DNA of 64,000 nucleotides from assembly GCF_006345805.1 (NCBI RefSeq), contig NC_043006.1:65100001-65164000 (forward strand), read 5' to 3'. Numbering within the stretch: position 1 is the stretch's first letter; the number at the start of each line of letters is the position of its first letter. A model generated the notes under the pieces. The model searched no databases and was not told where the DNA came from. It saw nothing but the letters and a program-made list of their open reading frames with translations. Positions 12,512 through 27,095 of this stretch are shown piece after piece. A program made the translations under genes and the position numbers. The DNA is from Octopus sinensis (taxonomy: Eukaryota).

Positions 12512-13104
12512 GCACAAAACAGAAGGACAATGTGAGATACATTTACTACAAAGCCTGACTGGTATATACAACTGAATGCCAACTGGAGCAACATCAAATG
12601 TTTTATCACTGAACCAGGCATAGATCTGAGCAAGCCAATCTAGATTTCTGTGGAATGAAAAAATAAAAAAAAGACCATTTTCATAGTCTTCTTTCAATAC
12701 AAATTCTATTCCTCTGGTTATGACATGTTGGTCATTTTTAAGACTACCACCATCAAAATCTTAGCATTTTCATTGCATCACCCTCACCAGCCATTAGGGG
12801 AAAGTTGTGTGAGATAACTTGTATGATAGCTGATATCTATTAAGCCAAGATGGCAGCTTTTCTTTCCGTTCTGTATATTGTGTTTTCCACTTCAATGTGT
12901 GCTGGATCTGGTGGATGATTGTAGTTGATTGATTTTTAATTACATTTCCATCAGTAGACATTCAACTTTTGCATATTGATTATTTGTCACATCCCCAACA
13001 TATTACATTGTTGACAGTTTTGTAGCTAACATATATGAAAAGCCACTAACAGTTATCTCAAGTTTTTTTTTTCCTTCATCTTGGCTACAGGTGAAAGTAG
13101 ATGC

Positions 13105-13260
13105 CTGTGTGGTCAAGAAGCTTGGTTCTTAACTGTATGGTCGCCAGTTCAGTCCCACACCTTGGGCAAGTGTCTTCCGCAATAGCCCCAGTGCAACCAA
13201 AACTTTGGCAGTAAATTTAATAGGCAGAAACTGAAAGAAGCCTGTCGTGTGCATATGTTG
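13105..13260 (+). mobile_element. SINE family A, 5' part
   Basis: Head and core match family A. Confidence 0.85.
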
Positions 13261-13327
13261 ACTCCTGTCTAGATATCACATTGTAAATAAGCATCATTGT
13301 CATAGAAGCAAAGTTGTATCTCTCTCT

Positions 13328-13359
<32 letters not shown>

Positions 13360-13361
<2 letters not shown>

Positions 13362-13520
13362 TACAACATGCTTCTTGTGGTTCCTGCCTACCAAATCCAC
13401 TTACAAAGCTTTGGTTAACCCAGGGTTATAGTAGAAGACACTTGCCCAAGGTACCCAGCAGTGGGATTGAATCCAAAACCATGTGGTTCAAATGCAGACT
13501 TCTTAACCTACAGATGTGCC
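13360..13520 (-). mobile_element. SINE family A, 5' part
   Basis: Reverse-complement match to the family A head and core. Confidence 0.85.
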
Positions 13521-13589
13521 AGCACTTTAGATAAAATAATTTTACAAAATCACACATTTAAAACAAAGAATCTACAAGCTGCATGGCAG

Positions 13590-13960
13590 GTACAGGTATG
13601 GCTGTGTGATAAGAAGCTTGCTTCCCAACCACATGGTTCCAGGTTCAGTCTTACAGTGTGGCACCACAGGCAAGTGTCTTCTACTATAGCCTCAGGCCAA
13701 CCAATGCTTTGTGAGTGGATTTACTAAATGAAGACTGAAAGAAGCCCGTTGTATGTATGTATATGTTTGTCCCCTACCACCACACTTAACAACCAGTGTT
13801 GGTGTGTTTACATCCCCCATAACGGTTTGGCAAAAGAGACTGATAGGATAAGTACTAGGCTTAAAAAAACAAGTCCTCGGGGTCGATTTGTTTGACTAAA
13901 ATCCTTCAAGGCAGTGCTCCAGCATAGCCATAGCCAAATGGCTGAAACCAGTAAAAGTTA
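13590..13960 (+). mobile_element. SINE family A, near full length
   Basis: Head, core, microsatellite and tail all present. Confidence 0.9.
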
Positions 13961-13999
13961 AAAGACACTAGAATCTGCCACACTATTTTATGTTAAAGA

Positions 14000-14130
14000 T
14001 TATTACCTCCAGCTTAGTAAAGGCGGAGGTATTGTTTTCAGTCGTGTTTGTTTGTTTATCTGTGGACAAGATATCTCAAGAACCGCTGGATGGATTCGGA
14101 CAAAACTTTCAGGAAAGTTTTTGTTCTATA
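14000..14130 (+). mobile_element. Helentron/HINE-like non-autonomous element end
   Basis: TTATTACCTCC...GGAGGTATTGTTTTCAGTCGTGTTTGTTTGTTTATCTGT followed by GATATCTCAAGAACCGCTGGATGGATT, the layout of HINE/DINE-1-like elements; palindrome at 14004-14031. Confidence 0.55.
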
Positions 14131-15981
14131 TTTAAAATTGTACAAAAGAAAATAATTATTGTAGAAAATAATATATTTACAAAAATATTATATGAAAAAT
14201 TGTTTCTGTAAAATGTCTGTCCAATGAAGTGCAATCAACCAGCAACTGCTTTAATTAAAAGTCTTTCAATGAAAATTTGTTTTGATGATATGTCATTCAA
14301 CAAAATGCTTTGTGACTTGTTTGTGTGCTTTAAAGTGATTAGGATAAAGTCTACAACAAAGTCATTGATTTATCCCCTCCACCCTGCTTTGTATACAAAC
14401 TCATACTAAATCCCTAACTTGTGTAAATCACTGAACTGTGACAATGCTGGGGCACAACCTTCAAGGGTTTACTTAACAGTCTCGTCTGCCAAACTTAAGT
14501 TAAGGGGACTTCAACAAACTAACTCTTGTCAACAGCAAAAGTGAGATATAAATACAAACATGACAAGCTTCCATACAGTTTCCACTGATCAGATCTACTT
14601 ACAAGACATTGATCAGCAGGGCTATAAAGGAAGTACTGCACATTGGGACCAAAGCAGAAACCATGTGGGTGAAAAGCAAGCTTCTTAATCCAGAGCTATG
14701 CCTGCATTTTTATACTAAACATGTACAACACAAGAGTCACAATTTATTATATTAGTACAAAGCCACCCACATTTCAGGGAGGGTATAAACAAATTTACTA
14801 TACAACAACAGTCCTTTATTTCATCAACACTGTAAGGGATGTAACAGAATAACACAATGCGATTTTGGACACAGGAAACTCAAATTTGCAGGACAAGTTA
14901 TTGCAGAAAGTATGAATAAATTTCAGTACCAGATTCAGCCAGATTTCTATCTGGAGTATTAAACAATACACAAAATAAAACCAGTCTTGTGGCAAACAAT
15001 GTGAGAAGCACTAAAGTTTGCTGTATGGAACATCTAAATCAGTGTCAACCTGTATTAGCATGTGTCAGTGTGTGTTTGCATGACTTTAAGATTGTTCAAA
15101 ACTAGATCAATCAACAACTAATCTCATGCACACAAATTCTAAACCTGCCACTTTGAAAATGTATACAGGCACTACACACCTTTCACAGCCATTTCACACA
15201 AATGCCTTTATTTTCTATTCATTTTAGTCATTGGCCTGCAGCCATGCTGGGGCACCACTATGAAGAATTTTCTTGAACAAATAAATCCAAATGCTTATTT
15301 TTTAAGTCTGGTACTCATTCTATCTCTTTTGTTAAATTGCTAGTCATGGGTTCCACAAAGTTACTACCTACCAAATTTACTCAAAACGCATTGGCTAGTA
15401 CACACTTGTAATAAGAAAACAATCGCCCAAGGTGCCACACAATGGGACTGAACCTGTAGGTATGAGAGGGCAGATCTGGCAAGTCTGAACATAAAACAGG
15501 TTCGATATTTAGCCCAGACATGGCCAATTTAAATGATAATGGGTTAAGAAGCTGACACCATGTGTGATATTTAACTCCTATTACAACTTATTTTACAGGG
15601 CATCTCATCATCACTGTTTTAAAGTCCACTCTTCCATGCTTGCGTAGCTTGGAGTTCACTGACAGATATTTTATGGCCAGATGCCCTTCCAGTCATCAAC
15701 CTCACCTCTTTCCAAGTAAGGTAATATTTCCCCATCACCAGACATGTTTTCAGGGAAGATTGAGAACAAAGAACACAACCTATATGACAATAAACTCATT
15801 TACAACTATCATGTAAAGTCAAGGCAAGGAGAAAATAACAGATCACACATACACGCTATGCAGCTCAAAATTAAAATGTGTGCGAGTGTGTGCATGTGCA
15901 AGCATTTATGAATGTGTACAATTTTATTTCATGCTGAAGAATCAGTGGAAGATTTGAATTTAGGACTATCATTGCTGTCAT

Positions 15982-16018
<37 letters not shown>

Positions 16019-16184
16019 CACCCACTACACTCACGGGGTGGTTGGTGTTAAGAAGGGCATCCAGTCATAGAAACACTGCCAGATCAGACTGGATCCTGGT
16101 GCAGCCTCCTGGTTTCCCAGACCCATGATAGGATGGAAAACGGACGTTAAACGAAGATATATGTGTGTATGTGTGTGTGTGTTA

Positions 16185-16560
16185 GGCACAAAAGTGGCTG
16201 TGTGGTAAGAAGCTTGCTCACAAACCATATGGTTCCAGCTTCAGTCCCAATGCATGGTACTTTAGGCAAGTGTTTTCTACTATAGCCTTGGGCCAACCAA
16301 AGCCTTGTGAGTGGATTTGGTAGACAGAAATTGAAAGAAGCTCGTTGTATATATGTGTGTGTGTGTGTGTGTTTGTACCCCCACCATTGCTTGACAACTG
16401 ATGTTGGTATGTTTACGTTCCCGTAACTTAGCAGTTTGGCAAAAAGAGACTGATAGAATAAGTACTAAGCTTCCAAAGAATAAGTCCTGAGGTTGATTTA
16501 TTTGACGTAAAGGCGTTGCTCCAGCATGGCCACAGTCAAATTACTGAAACAAATAAAAGA
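16185..16560 (+). mobile_element. SINE family A, near full length
   Basis: Head, core, (TG)n and tail. Confidence 0.9.
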
Positions 16561-19500
16561 ATATATCCCGTTGCTATTATGATAAATTGTTGTATATCTG
16601 AATTTGGCCAAATGCATTTTTTTCAATATTTATCATTGTTTGGCAATAGCCAGTTCTTTTGGTCATGTATCTCCAGCTGCTTCAGATGCCAAGATATCAA
16701 AAATTGTCAAAGTGTAGTGCAACAGTTTAGCTATGGAATGGTAAAACTATTCTTTTTGTTTTCTGAAAAAGCAATGTTTTGGACTTAAGACACTTTTGTA
16801 TAATAGCAAAAATATATATTATCTTTTATCTTTTACTTGATTCAGTCATTTGGCTGTGGCCATGCTGGGGCACAGAGTGAAGATGGAAAGATGATGCAGA
16901 AGACTGTTAAATACATAAAATGCTCTTTCAATGCTTTAAAGATTTCATGGCATTTTGTGTTACTGAAGGACACAAAATCTAGTTCATTTTTTACAAAGAC
17001 ACACATACATCAAATGACCATTATTTTTGATGTCCACTTCTCTGTTTGCATAGGTTGGACAGAGTTGATTGGGACAGAATTTCTGTAGTCACACCTTGTT
17101 TCCAAGCAAGGTAACATTTCCCATGGCTAGACATGTTTTTGGAAATGAATGACACTGCAAGTTAAGACAGTGACAATCATTTAATAAACTCTTATGCAAT
17201 GAAGGACACGGGGACACACACATAAGTAAGTGGACTCACCTGAGCCCAACAAGCTAGCTTCCTGTAACAAGCTGACAAAACTTAAGTAGCATGGAGCCAA
17301 ATAAAACGGTTTGAAATAATAATACCAATATATTGTGAGTTTCTTCTTTTTTTCTTTCAGTTTCCATTGCCCAAATCCACTCAAAAGGATCTGGTTGGCC
17401 TAGGGCTATAGCAGAAGAGACTTGTTCACAGTGCCACACAGTGGGACTGAACCTGGAACCATGTGGTTGGGAAGCAAACATCATAGAACACATCCACAGC
17501 AGTGCTTATACATACACACACAGAGATACATACATACACATAAACGTATATACACATTAAATTACTGAGGTTTCGTTTTATTCCTGTAATATACTGTAGA
17601 ACATGTCTTTTTAGCCAAAATTGTGTTACGATGATTGTAAACAGCAGAGCCATGGTTAGAAAAAAAGAGGGAGCCAGCTGTACATGTATTTCAATTCTTG
17701 TCAGAAAACCATCATCAGCAAACACCTTCTCCCCCATGTGCATCTGTTTCCCCCTATTTTTCTATCTATAAACATATAATGATGTTAGCTAAGAAAACTC
17801 TATGGTCTACAGTACATCATCACAATGAAATGAAGGCGCAAGCATGGCTGTGGTTAACAAGCTTACTTTGCAACCATAAGGTTTTGGGTTCAGCTCCATT
17901 GTGTGACACCTTGTGCAAGTGTCTTGTGCTACTGCCAAGAGCCAACCAATACCTTGTGGATGGATTTGGTACATGGAAAGTATGTGGAAGCCTGTAGAAT
18001 ATTCATATATAAGTATGACTGTGTGTCCCTTTGTGTTTGTCTTTCCCCACACATCACTTGACACTGTTGGTTTGTTTACATCCTCATAACTTAGCAGTTC
18101 AGCAAAAGAAGCCAATAGAATAAGTATTGTGGTTGACTTGATCAACTAAACCCTGCAAAGTGGTGCCCCAGCAAGGCTAAAGTTCAATGACTGAAACAAG
18201 TAGAAGAAATAAGAGACAGAGGGCACCAGTAATTTAACAGTCAATGTAGGTGCCGAGAAAAATGTTAAAATATACAGATTGGTTTATCCACTTCAACCCC
18301 TTATAGTAAGTGGAGCAAATTCATGGCTAGGTTAAGAAAGTACATGATTGTTAATGAAAACTCTAACTACAAAAATGTGTGAAATAAGAGATACCTTCAT
18401 TTCTCGAAAAACGTGTAAGGGTTACTAACAGGAAGGGCATCCCACTGTAAAACAATGCCTCAATAATATGCTCATCTAACCAATGCCAGCATGGAAAAAC
18501 AGACATAAAAATGCATGAATAAGAGTGTGTGTGTATAGCAAAACCTCTCTAAACTAGAAACTCTTTAAAAAAAAAGTATTACCCAAGCTATAATTAGAAT
18601 CCCAATGAAGGACAATCATGCAATGTCAATGTATGGTATAATATAAACAACAAAACCACCATAAACCAAACACCCCTTAAGTTCCACCGTATGAGAATGA
18701 TGAACAAATTAGAGTAATGAGAACACAAAGTACGAAAGACTCAGACAACAGGCATATCAAATACATACTTGTATAATCAGGTGCCAAATGGATATTATGG
18801 TTTCAGCACCTGGGCAGCACCATTCAATGAAGCAGTGTTAACAGTATTAAAAACATAAAACACTGCCTGGAAAAAGAAGTAGTAACAAAGCATTAACATA
18901 ATATATCCATTATGTCTACACCTCATTATTACAAATATAAAAAAAGGTGGTGAGATGGTGGAATTTTTAGCATGGCACACAAAATGCTTAACATCCATGT
19001 TTATGTGCTGAGTTCAAATTTCATTGAGTCGACTCTGCCTTTCATCATTTTGGGGGTCAATAAAATACTTACTGAGGGTGATGTAATCAATTTACCCCCT
19101 GTCCCAGCAAATTCTGGGGCAGGAGGTAAAAGATAGTCATCAGATTGCAAATATAAATAGTTTTATATACTCAAGGCTACAAAATATAGACATTAAAAAT
19201 ACTACCTATAAAACATAGACATATCTTCAAAAAGAATTACAGAACTTTAAAAAATACACACACACACACACTCTCTCTCTCTCTCTCTCTTATTTGATGT
19301 TTGTCTTTCATGCTGGGCAAGAGTAAGATAGTCCAAAAGGATCCAATGAGCAGGAGGAACATGCTGAGTTCCAATGTCTGCTTTGGCATGGTTTCTGGAT
19401 GCCCTCCAATCACCTTTACAGAAAGTATAGAGTGCATTTTTCATGGCATTGACATGAGTGTGGTTGCCAAGCAACTCTCAATACAAAAAAAAAAAGCCCA

Positions 19501-20144
19501 CGATGCTGAGTGAGAGTATAAGAGAGAAGGAGGTAGCTTTATGACAGAGGAACAGGGATTCTGCTGTAGAGGAGATAAATACCTACTCTACAGCAGAATG
19601 TAGAGGGTGTAGTAGAGGTGAATGTAGAAAATAGTGAACAAGGATGGAGGTGTGCACAATGGTAAATATGAGCTAAATGTAAAAGAAACGGGAATGGCTC
19701 AGGAAGGAGGAGACGAAGTGGCAGTACAAAAAAAGGTGGGGAGCAGCAGTATAAATTCCTGTTACCAACCCTTATCTGTCTCAACAAATTTCATCTGACC
19801 CCATGGACATTAAAATGATGATGACAATACATATATCTATGTAAAAATATATGTATAAATCATGATGATCATTGACATTTAACCCCTGTCTTCCAGAATA
19901 GCATGGTTGGACAGTTTGACAGGAGTTGAAAATCTGCAGGAAGGGTGAGTGGATAAGTGAGGAAAGCACCAGAAGGTTAGAGATAGGTAGAGAGGTAAAT
20001 GCAACATGTGTAGAGGTGTGGTTAATGGTAAATATTAGTATTGGGGTGAAGGTAAAAGAGAAGTCCAGGGAGAATACCACATTGTTGAAACAATTGTAAA
20101 GAATGAAATAAATAAATGTATTACTTGTTATCTTTCTCTCTCTC

Positions 20145-20197
<53 letters not shown>

Positions 20198-20230
20198 ATA
20201 TAAATGTACACACACACACACACACACACA

Positions 20231-20420
20231 CAAGGGGGTGCTGAAAAGTTCCTAGTTGTAAGGGTATCGTGAAAAGCATGGTTGGAAGCACAACCTTCCC
20301 AGTTCTTTCAGAGCTTAGAAAAACTGAAGGACCACTGCAATACAATATGTATCTGAAACTGAGCGGGAATATGTTGAATAAAATCATAATTAACTGATCC
20401 TCCTGTATTTTCCTTTACCC
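20231..20420. mobile_element. Tc1/mariner-like MITE fragment
   Basis: Begins AAGGGGGTGCTGAAAAGTTCC, a mariner-like TIR; second copy at about 27387-27535. Confidence 0.55.
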
Positions 20421-21198
20421 ATATATACATGCACACAGGCACATATATGTATATATACTGGGTGACCTGGCATTACCCAGAAAAAAAGCACTTACCATAT
20501 AAGATGAAATGGAACGGTGGTATTTCTACATAAATCCATTAATCTAAACACATCCTTATTATACTAAAATTCAAGTTCTGTTTGTGGGTTTGCAAATAAC
20601 CAGATTTTAAAAGAAACAGTATATTGTAGTAATGTAATATTTTGACCCATTAACTTTTACATATAAACTCTTTTGCTTGAAATATTTTCTACCATCTCTT
20701 GGTGTTAGAACATTCAAAAGAGAAGAATGTTCTTTCTTATGATGTCACACATTAATGAGAGCTCTGCTCAGCGCTGGGTGACAAAATAAATATGTGAGAC
20801 ATATTAGGAAAAGAAAAAAACACAAAGTTTGGTGACTTTTAAAAAGAAGTAATTTTATTTGTTTAGAACATAAATGCCATAAGTAATTTCTTCTGCATTA
20901 AGTAGATTCTTTTTTCTACCCATGTGATTTTTTTAAATTAGTAAATCTAATTTACTTCAGTTTTGTATTTGGTTTCCAAGATTCTTGATGTAAATTCAAG
21001 TGTTGAAACAAATCTTGTTTTGGGAGGGTCATCACACCAATATTAATAAACAAACATACACACATACTGGTTCAATATCACTTCTTTATGATTGTTATTT
21101 TTTTGTATTTTTAGTCAATTTAACCAATTGATTAACAATAGAGAAGTAATATTGAACTAGTGCTTGTGTGTATTATTATTACTGACATAGTGACTCTC

Positions 21199-21200
<2 letters not shown>

Positions 21201-21268
<68 letters not shown>
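21201..21268. repeat. (TA)n microsatellite
   Basis: Direct reading. Confidence 0.97.
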
Positions 21269-21276
<8 letters not shown>

Positions 21277-21522
21277 ACGTATGTAAATGATTAAGAATAT
21301 GTCAAAGATACAGACAATTAGTGCTAAGACCACATTGGATACCTAAAACCCAACATCAAATGGAGAGTCCAGGTGAATAAGAGTTAGTTATAGGCAATGT
21401 ACTGATCAAGATAATAAAAGTATAATAAAATAAAACAATGGACAATTTGTTAATGACGACGAAATAATTCTATATTAGTTATACAGAAAGGCATATAAAA
21501 CTACATAACTCTTTATATATAC

Positions 21523-21558
<36 letters not shown>

Positions 21559-22679
21559 AAGCTATTGTTTCAGGTATTGGACTGCAGCCATGCAGTCCAA
21601 TGAAATGTTTTAGTTATTTTTCTTATACATAAGAAAACAAACTAAACAGAAAAATATATATATAAAGTAGAAAAACAGGAAAAACAGGAAGGCAAGTTCA
21701 TAGTAATTTTATGTAAGTAGGTAGATATCCTGATAGTTCATAGTCTAATGTCATAGGTAAAAAAGAGAAATTGAATAGCCCTTTTGAAGTGGTTCATCTT
21801 GAGTAGGTAGGTAAACATCCACAGAGCTCATATTTGAACCTCACAAATAAGGGATTGGAGAATACAGGTAATCCTTCACAGCTGTTTCAGGGTTTTGGTG
21901 AATGCAGCAATGTGCATTGTATGTACATATACATGAAGTAAACATGTTAGTGAAGGGATATGAAATAATACAAGTGTGTATGTATATATATATATATATG
22001 ACAGAAGACTGAGATATGTGATACATTGCTGTACTCGAGAACCAACCGACCCACCCACCACAACAGAATTGATGTCCTAAAATCAAGTTACTACATAGAA
22101 AGAAATGGTGCTGGTGCCACATAAAAAGCACCCAATATACTCTGAGAAGTGGTTGGTTTTAGGAAGGGCATCCAACCACAGAAACCAAATCAAAACAGAC
22201 TATGGAGCCTGATGTAGACACTGGCCTTGCCAGTTCCTGTCAAGCTGTCCAGCCCATGCCAGCACAGAAAATGGACATTAAATGTTGATGATGATATAGA
22301 CACACATATATATACTGAGACAGACAAACAGAAAGAGTTGTCTGTGTAAGATCTGTGAGTGGATTTGTGTGAGCGTGTATAAAAATGTATGCATATATGT
22401 AGGAGGATGTTACAATCACATCACCCATCTTTTTTTTTTATTCCTCAATATTATTCTTAAATTCTCGATCCCAACAACAAAAATCTTTAATTTTGCAGTA
22501 ACAACAAAATAAGAAAACAAAAACACCTCAAAAGCTGGGAACTAATAACCATTTGTTAAAGTTCAATATATGAGTATCATTGTGCACACATATGAGTACA
22601 TGTACCTATTCTGTACTCATTACTAACTCTAACTTTACTGACAGTACTCCTGTATTGGCATTCAGCAGCCATTTGTCTA

Positions 22680-23420
22680 CTCAATGACAAGCTTCAACAA
22701 TGACCATCAGATATGAGAGTGAAGGACTCTGTCAAAGGCTTTCTTCAAGTCAATAAATGTTAATTAAGTACAATGGTTTACTTTTCGCTAAATACTTCTC
22801 CCACAGTTTCCTTACAAGAAATTATCAGTAGTACTTCTCGGCATGAAACCAAACTGCATCTCATCTAGGTTAAATTCCTCCCTAATTAATTGAGATATGA
22901 CCCTTTCGGCGACTTTCATGACCTGGTCCAGCAATTTGATACTCTGTAATTACTTCTCTCAAAAGCATCTCCTTAACCCTTATAAAAGTTGACTATATGC
23001 TGCTATGCCAGTCACTAGGTATGATAATTTTCCGTACAACTTGATTAGCTATATGGGTGTCTAGGCCATAACCTACTCCATTAGATATTTTAACCCTTTA
23101 GCATTTAAACTGGCCATATCAGGCTGAAATAATCAACCTGATTTATGTTCAAACCAGCCAGATCCAGACTCTCATACCTACCCTACAATGTCATTCTGAA
23201 AATAAATAATCACATCAAAATCTCAAAGCTACAACAATGTGAATAAATAAACATAAGGTCTAACCAACCAATATGAATGCTAAACGGTTAAGCATCTCAG
23301 TGGTAATTCCTGGTGGACAAGGGTCTTTTCCTGCCTTCATATTCTTAATTGCTTTAGCTGTCAGCTAATGACTCATCCCTCTGTTGGGTCTACATTATCT
23401 TCCATGCACTTTCCATATTT
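22680..23420 (-). mobile_element. RTE LINE RT fragment, split by a MITE
   Basis: Minus strand across frameshifts: PSDWHSSI..NFYKGKGDAFERSNYR..KLLDQVMKVAERVISQLIREEFNLDEMQFGFMPRSTT...EKYLAKSKPLYL..IDLKKAFDRV. Confidence 0.88.
23094..23287. mobile_element. TTAA MITE family 1 nested in RTE
   Basis: TTAA at 23090-23093 and 23288-23291; ends CCCTTTAGCATT / AATGCTAAACGG. Confidence 0.88.
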
Positions 23421-23939
23421 AGTAGCCTTTCATAATAGAACTTCCATGCCTCTCTCTCTCTTAAGAATTACAAAATGCAAGTTTTTTTTGCCATTAGCCT
23501 TCTAACAACAGAGACCAGTTCAAGGGAACTTGAACTAAAAGACTAGTTCTCAGTTTGTCTTTTTGGATGTGTAAGGACACACCCGGAGTTCTAAACTCTG
23601 CAATTCAAATTGCATCGTATAATTTTATTATCGTCTGTTAATCTTTGTATCAGTCATTGGACTGTAGCCATGCTGGGGGACAAACATAAACACACAAATG
23701 TCTATGTACGTGTATGTGTGTGTGTGTGTGTGCGTATAACAGGCTTCTTTCAGTTTCCTTCAACCAAAACAACTCACAAAACTTTTGTTGGCCTGGAACT
23801 ACAGTAGCAGATACTTGCTCAAAGTGTCTCCTATTTGCCCACAGTGGGACTGAACCTGGAACCATGTGGTTGGGAAGTAAACTTCTTACCTCACAGTCAT
23901 GCCAGCATCTATACACATACATTGCTTTTAATGGTTCCA

Positions 23940-24800
23940 GCTATATGCTTTGGCCATGCTCGGGCACTGCCATTCATTCTAGGTTTACATGACCAGCTTT
24001 CCCTTGATAGTGAAGGCTCCAGAATTCTAAGTGATACACTAAATAAACAAATCTAAAGAGTTTCCACTTCCTGCAAGGAAGATGTGCTGATGAACAAATC
24101 TGACGAGTTTTCAATGCTGCAGATCTTACACAGGGAAGAGGCAACCATTAAACACATCAACATAAAAGAGGTGGGTATGATATAATGATGGTTGACTTGA
24201 TATCCTTCTTTTCAGTAACACCGAGGGGTGGGTTGTTGATAAATGTGATGACTAGAGATTGGAAAGGGTATAGGAGTGAATAGGGTGCATGGTGAAGGAG
24301 TGATCAAGGATACATATAAGTTGGAGGAAGGTGAGGAGATGATGGTTAGATGCTGATTGGCAGTACAGAAAATTGAAAAGCAGCAGGACAATAATAATGA
24401 TAATACAGTAGACAGGAGAACGATGAGAGAAAGCGAGATGATGTGTGGGGAGAGTGAGATGTATGATGGTTTGAACACATCAAGAGGAAGTATTCAATGA
24501 AGAGGGAGGAAAGATAATTTGATGGCATATATAGGGTAGGGGAAATCAATGTAAAATATGAGTGGAGAGAGAGACAATGTTAAGACAGAAGGATAGCCGT
24601 CAAGTGACAAAGTTACAAGCAATGAGAAAAGTATCACATAAATGTTGATAAAATATTTAGTTCAGCATTCATTTAATTACACCAGCAGAACACTGCAGTT
24701 AGGCAAGTGAGGCAGTGATCAGCAACAGGAAATTAGGAGGGTAGAGAAGATTTGACAAGGAGATAAATGAGGGACCCAATTATGTATACAGACATTAAGC
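23940..24800 (-). mobile_element. Probable Penelope-like element N-terminal remnant
   Basis: Minus translation ...LDLFI*CIT*NSGAFTIKGKLVM resembles the LDLFI...IxIKPADKGGAVVV region of PLE ORFs; very decayed. Confidence 0.35.
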
Positions 24801-24839
24801 TTCCCTAAACAGAGTTTCAATGACACAGGCAAGCACTTA

Positions 24840-25030
24840 ATAGCAACAGTTGTGCAGCTCCTTTCTCATCAACTCTGTGAGATACAAAGTACAGAGATGA
24901 ACCTTCATTACTTAGTTCCATCTCTTTCCACAAATTCCATCCACCTAAAGCAATCAGAACTTCATTATACAGCTAACCTCATCCACAGACATTATATGAC
25001 CACACCAGCAGTCATACCTCTTGCACACTA
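24840..25030 (+). mobile_element. L2/CR1-group LINE 3' remnant
   Basis: QLLSHQLCEIQSTEMNLHYLVPSL resembles LQPLSHRR...CSxELxxLVP. Confidence 0.4.
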
Positions 25031-25043
25031 CATCTGATTCCTC

Positions 25044-25091
<48 letters not shown>

Positions 25092-26181
25092 ACACCTACC
25101 ACACAATCATATAGGGGTGCTTGTGAGTACTTGGTGAGGGGAATAAAGACAATAATGATGCAGTGCAGAGCAGATTTTCTAAGATGAAGGCGGCTGTAAC
25201 AAGGATCATCATCATTTTCCCATTGGAGAACTTCCATGGGGCATCACAAAGTGGTTGGAGCACTACAACAAGTGCATGGATGTCTGGTGGCGCATTGGGC
25301 CCTTAAGCAAGACACTTTATTTTACATTGTTCCAATTCATTTGGCTGGCAAAAATGAGTAGTACCTGTATTTCAAAAAGCCAGCCTTGTCGTGTCGTGTG
25401 TCATGCTGAATCTCCTTGAGAACTACGTTTAGGGTATGTCTGTGGAGTACTCAGCCACTAGGATGTTAAGTTCATGAGCAGGCAGTTCCATTGATCACAT
25501 CAACATTGTTCTAACTGATAGAGTGCCAGCAAATCCAATGAAAACAACAATAGTTAACATCCAGTGTAAAAGAAGAATCCAGAGAAATATAATTCCAATT
25601 AAACACATCAATTAAGATCAAAGAAGCATTTTGTTTCTTTCCAACCTAATGCATACATACATGCATATATATGTATGTGCACACACACACACACACACAC
25701 ACACAATCTGGCAACTTAGGTGACTATATCCTTCGGCCAACTAAAGCACTGTGAGTGTATTTAGCTGATAGAAACTCAAAGAAGCCCATCATACATGTGT
25801 GTCTGTGTCTACATAGATATATGTATATGTGTGTGTGAATACACACACGTGCATGCGTATGTATGTACATATGTATAAGTACATATTTTTATATGTGTAT
25901 GTGCATGGGTGTGAGTGTGCTTGCATCTCCTTGACTTAACATTGTGCGAAAGTAGCGAGCATTATCCACATGCAAGTAGTGTTATTCATTTTCAGTCTTC
26001 TCCGGAAACAGGTCTGGGGAAAAAGATACTTTGCTTGGAAACAAGGATTGGCAACAAGAATGGCATCTAGCCAAAGAAAGAAAAAAAAATCTACCATGAC
26101 AAAATCCAGATGACTGAAAAAGTAGATGCTTAAATGATAATAAGGAAATATAAACGTGTATATATATGTATGTATGTATGT

Positions 26182-26237
<56 letters not shown>

Positions 26238-26908
26238 CTATATGTATACCTAAATTTATATACATAAATACACGCATAAATATACACAAATACATTCATA
26301 TATATAGTTATATATAAGAAAATCTGCCTAAATGAAATCTGGTTTACACCTATAAAAGAGTGTCTGCTAAAGCAATGACGCTGAAATTATATATATATAT
26401 ATATATATACGGGGAATTTTTGACATGGGGTTGTTGGTACTGCTACCAACAGTTGCCTTCAGAGAAAGAGAGTAAAGAGAGAGAGTGAGAGAAAGAGTTT
26501 ACTAAGAAATAGAAGAAAGGGTGAAGATTTTATATATATATATATAATACACACACTCAAAAGTAAGCATATTGATGCAAACCAAGGTGGAAAAATAGTA
26601 CACAAATACCAAAAGAAGAGTAATATATCATGTATTAAAACCCCACAAAAATCCTTCACAAATTGTTACTCAGTTTCACATGACCATTTGTCAGACAGTT
26701 GTAATAATACTATATACATAAATAGGCATCAGATTGGTTAGGGCAATTGCTTTTCAAATAATGGGAATCTGTTGGATGAAAGCAACTGAGCATAACAGTA
26801 AAAAATATACAAACACTGAAGTAGGTCAAAACTGAATAAAAATAATTTTGAAAATGGATAGTGTAAATCACTTACACCTGTAGAAATGGGCATTGAAAAT
26901 ACAGAGAA

Positions 26909-27095
<187 letters not shown>

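Noticed and set aside
12850-12918. Signal-peptide-like mini-ORF MAAFLSVLYIVFSTSMCAGSGG
   Set aside because: It stops after 22 codons with only a weak GTGGAT donor; likely chance.
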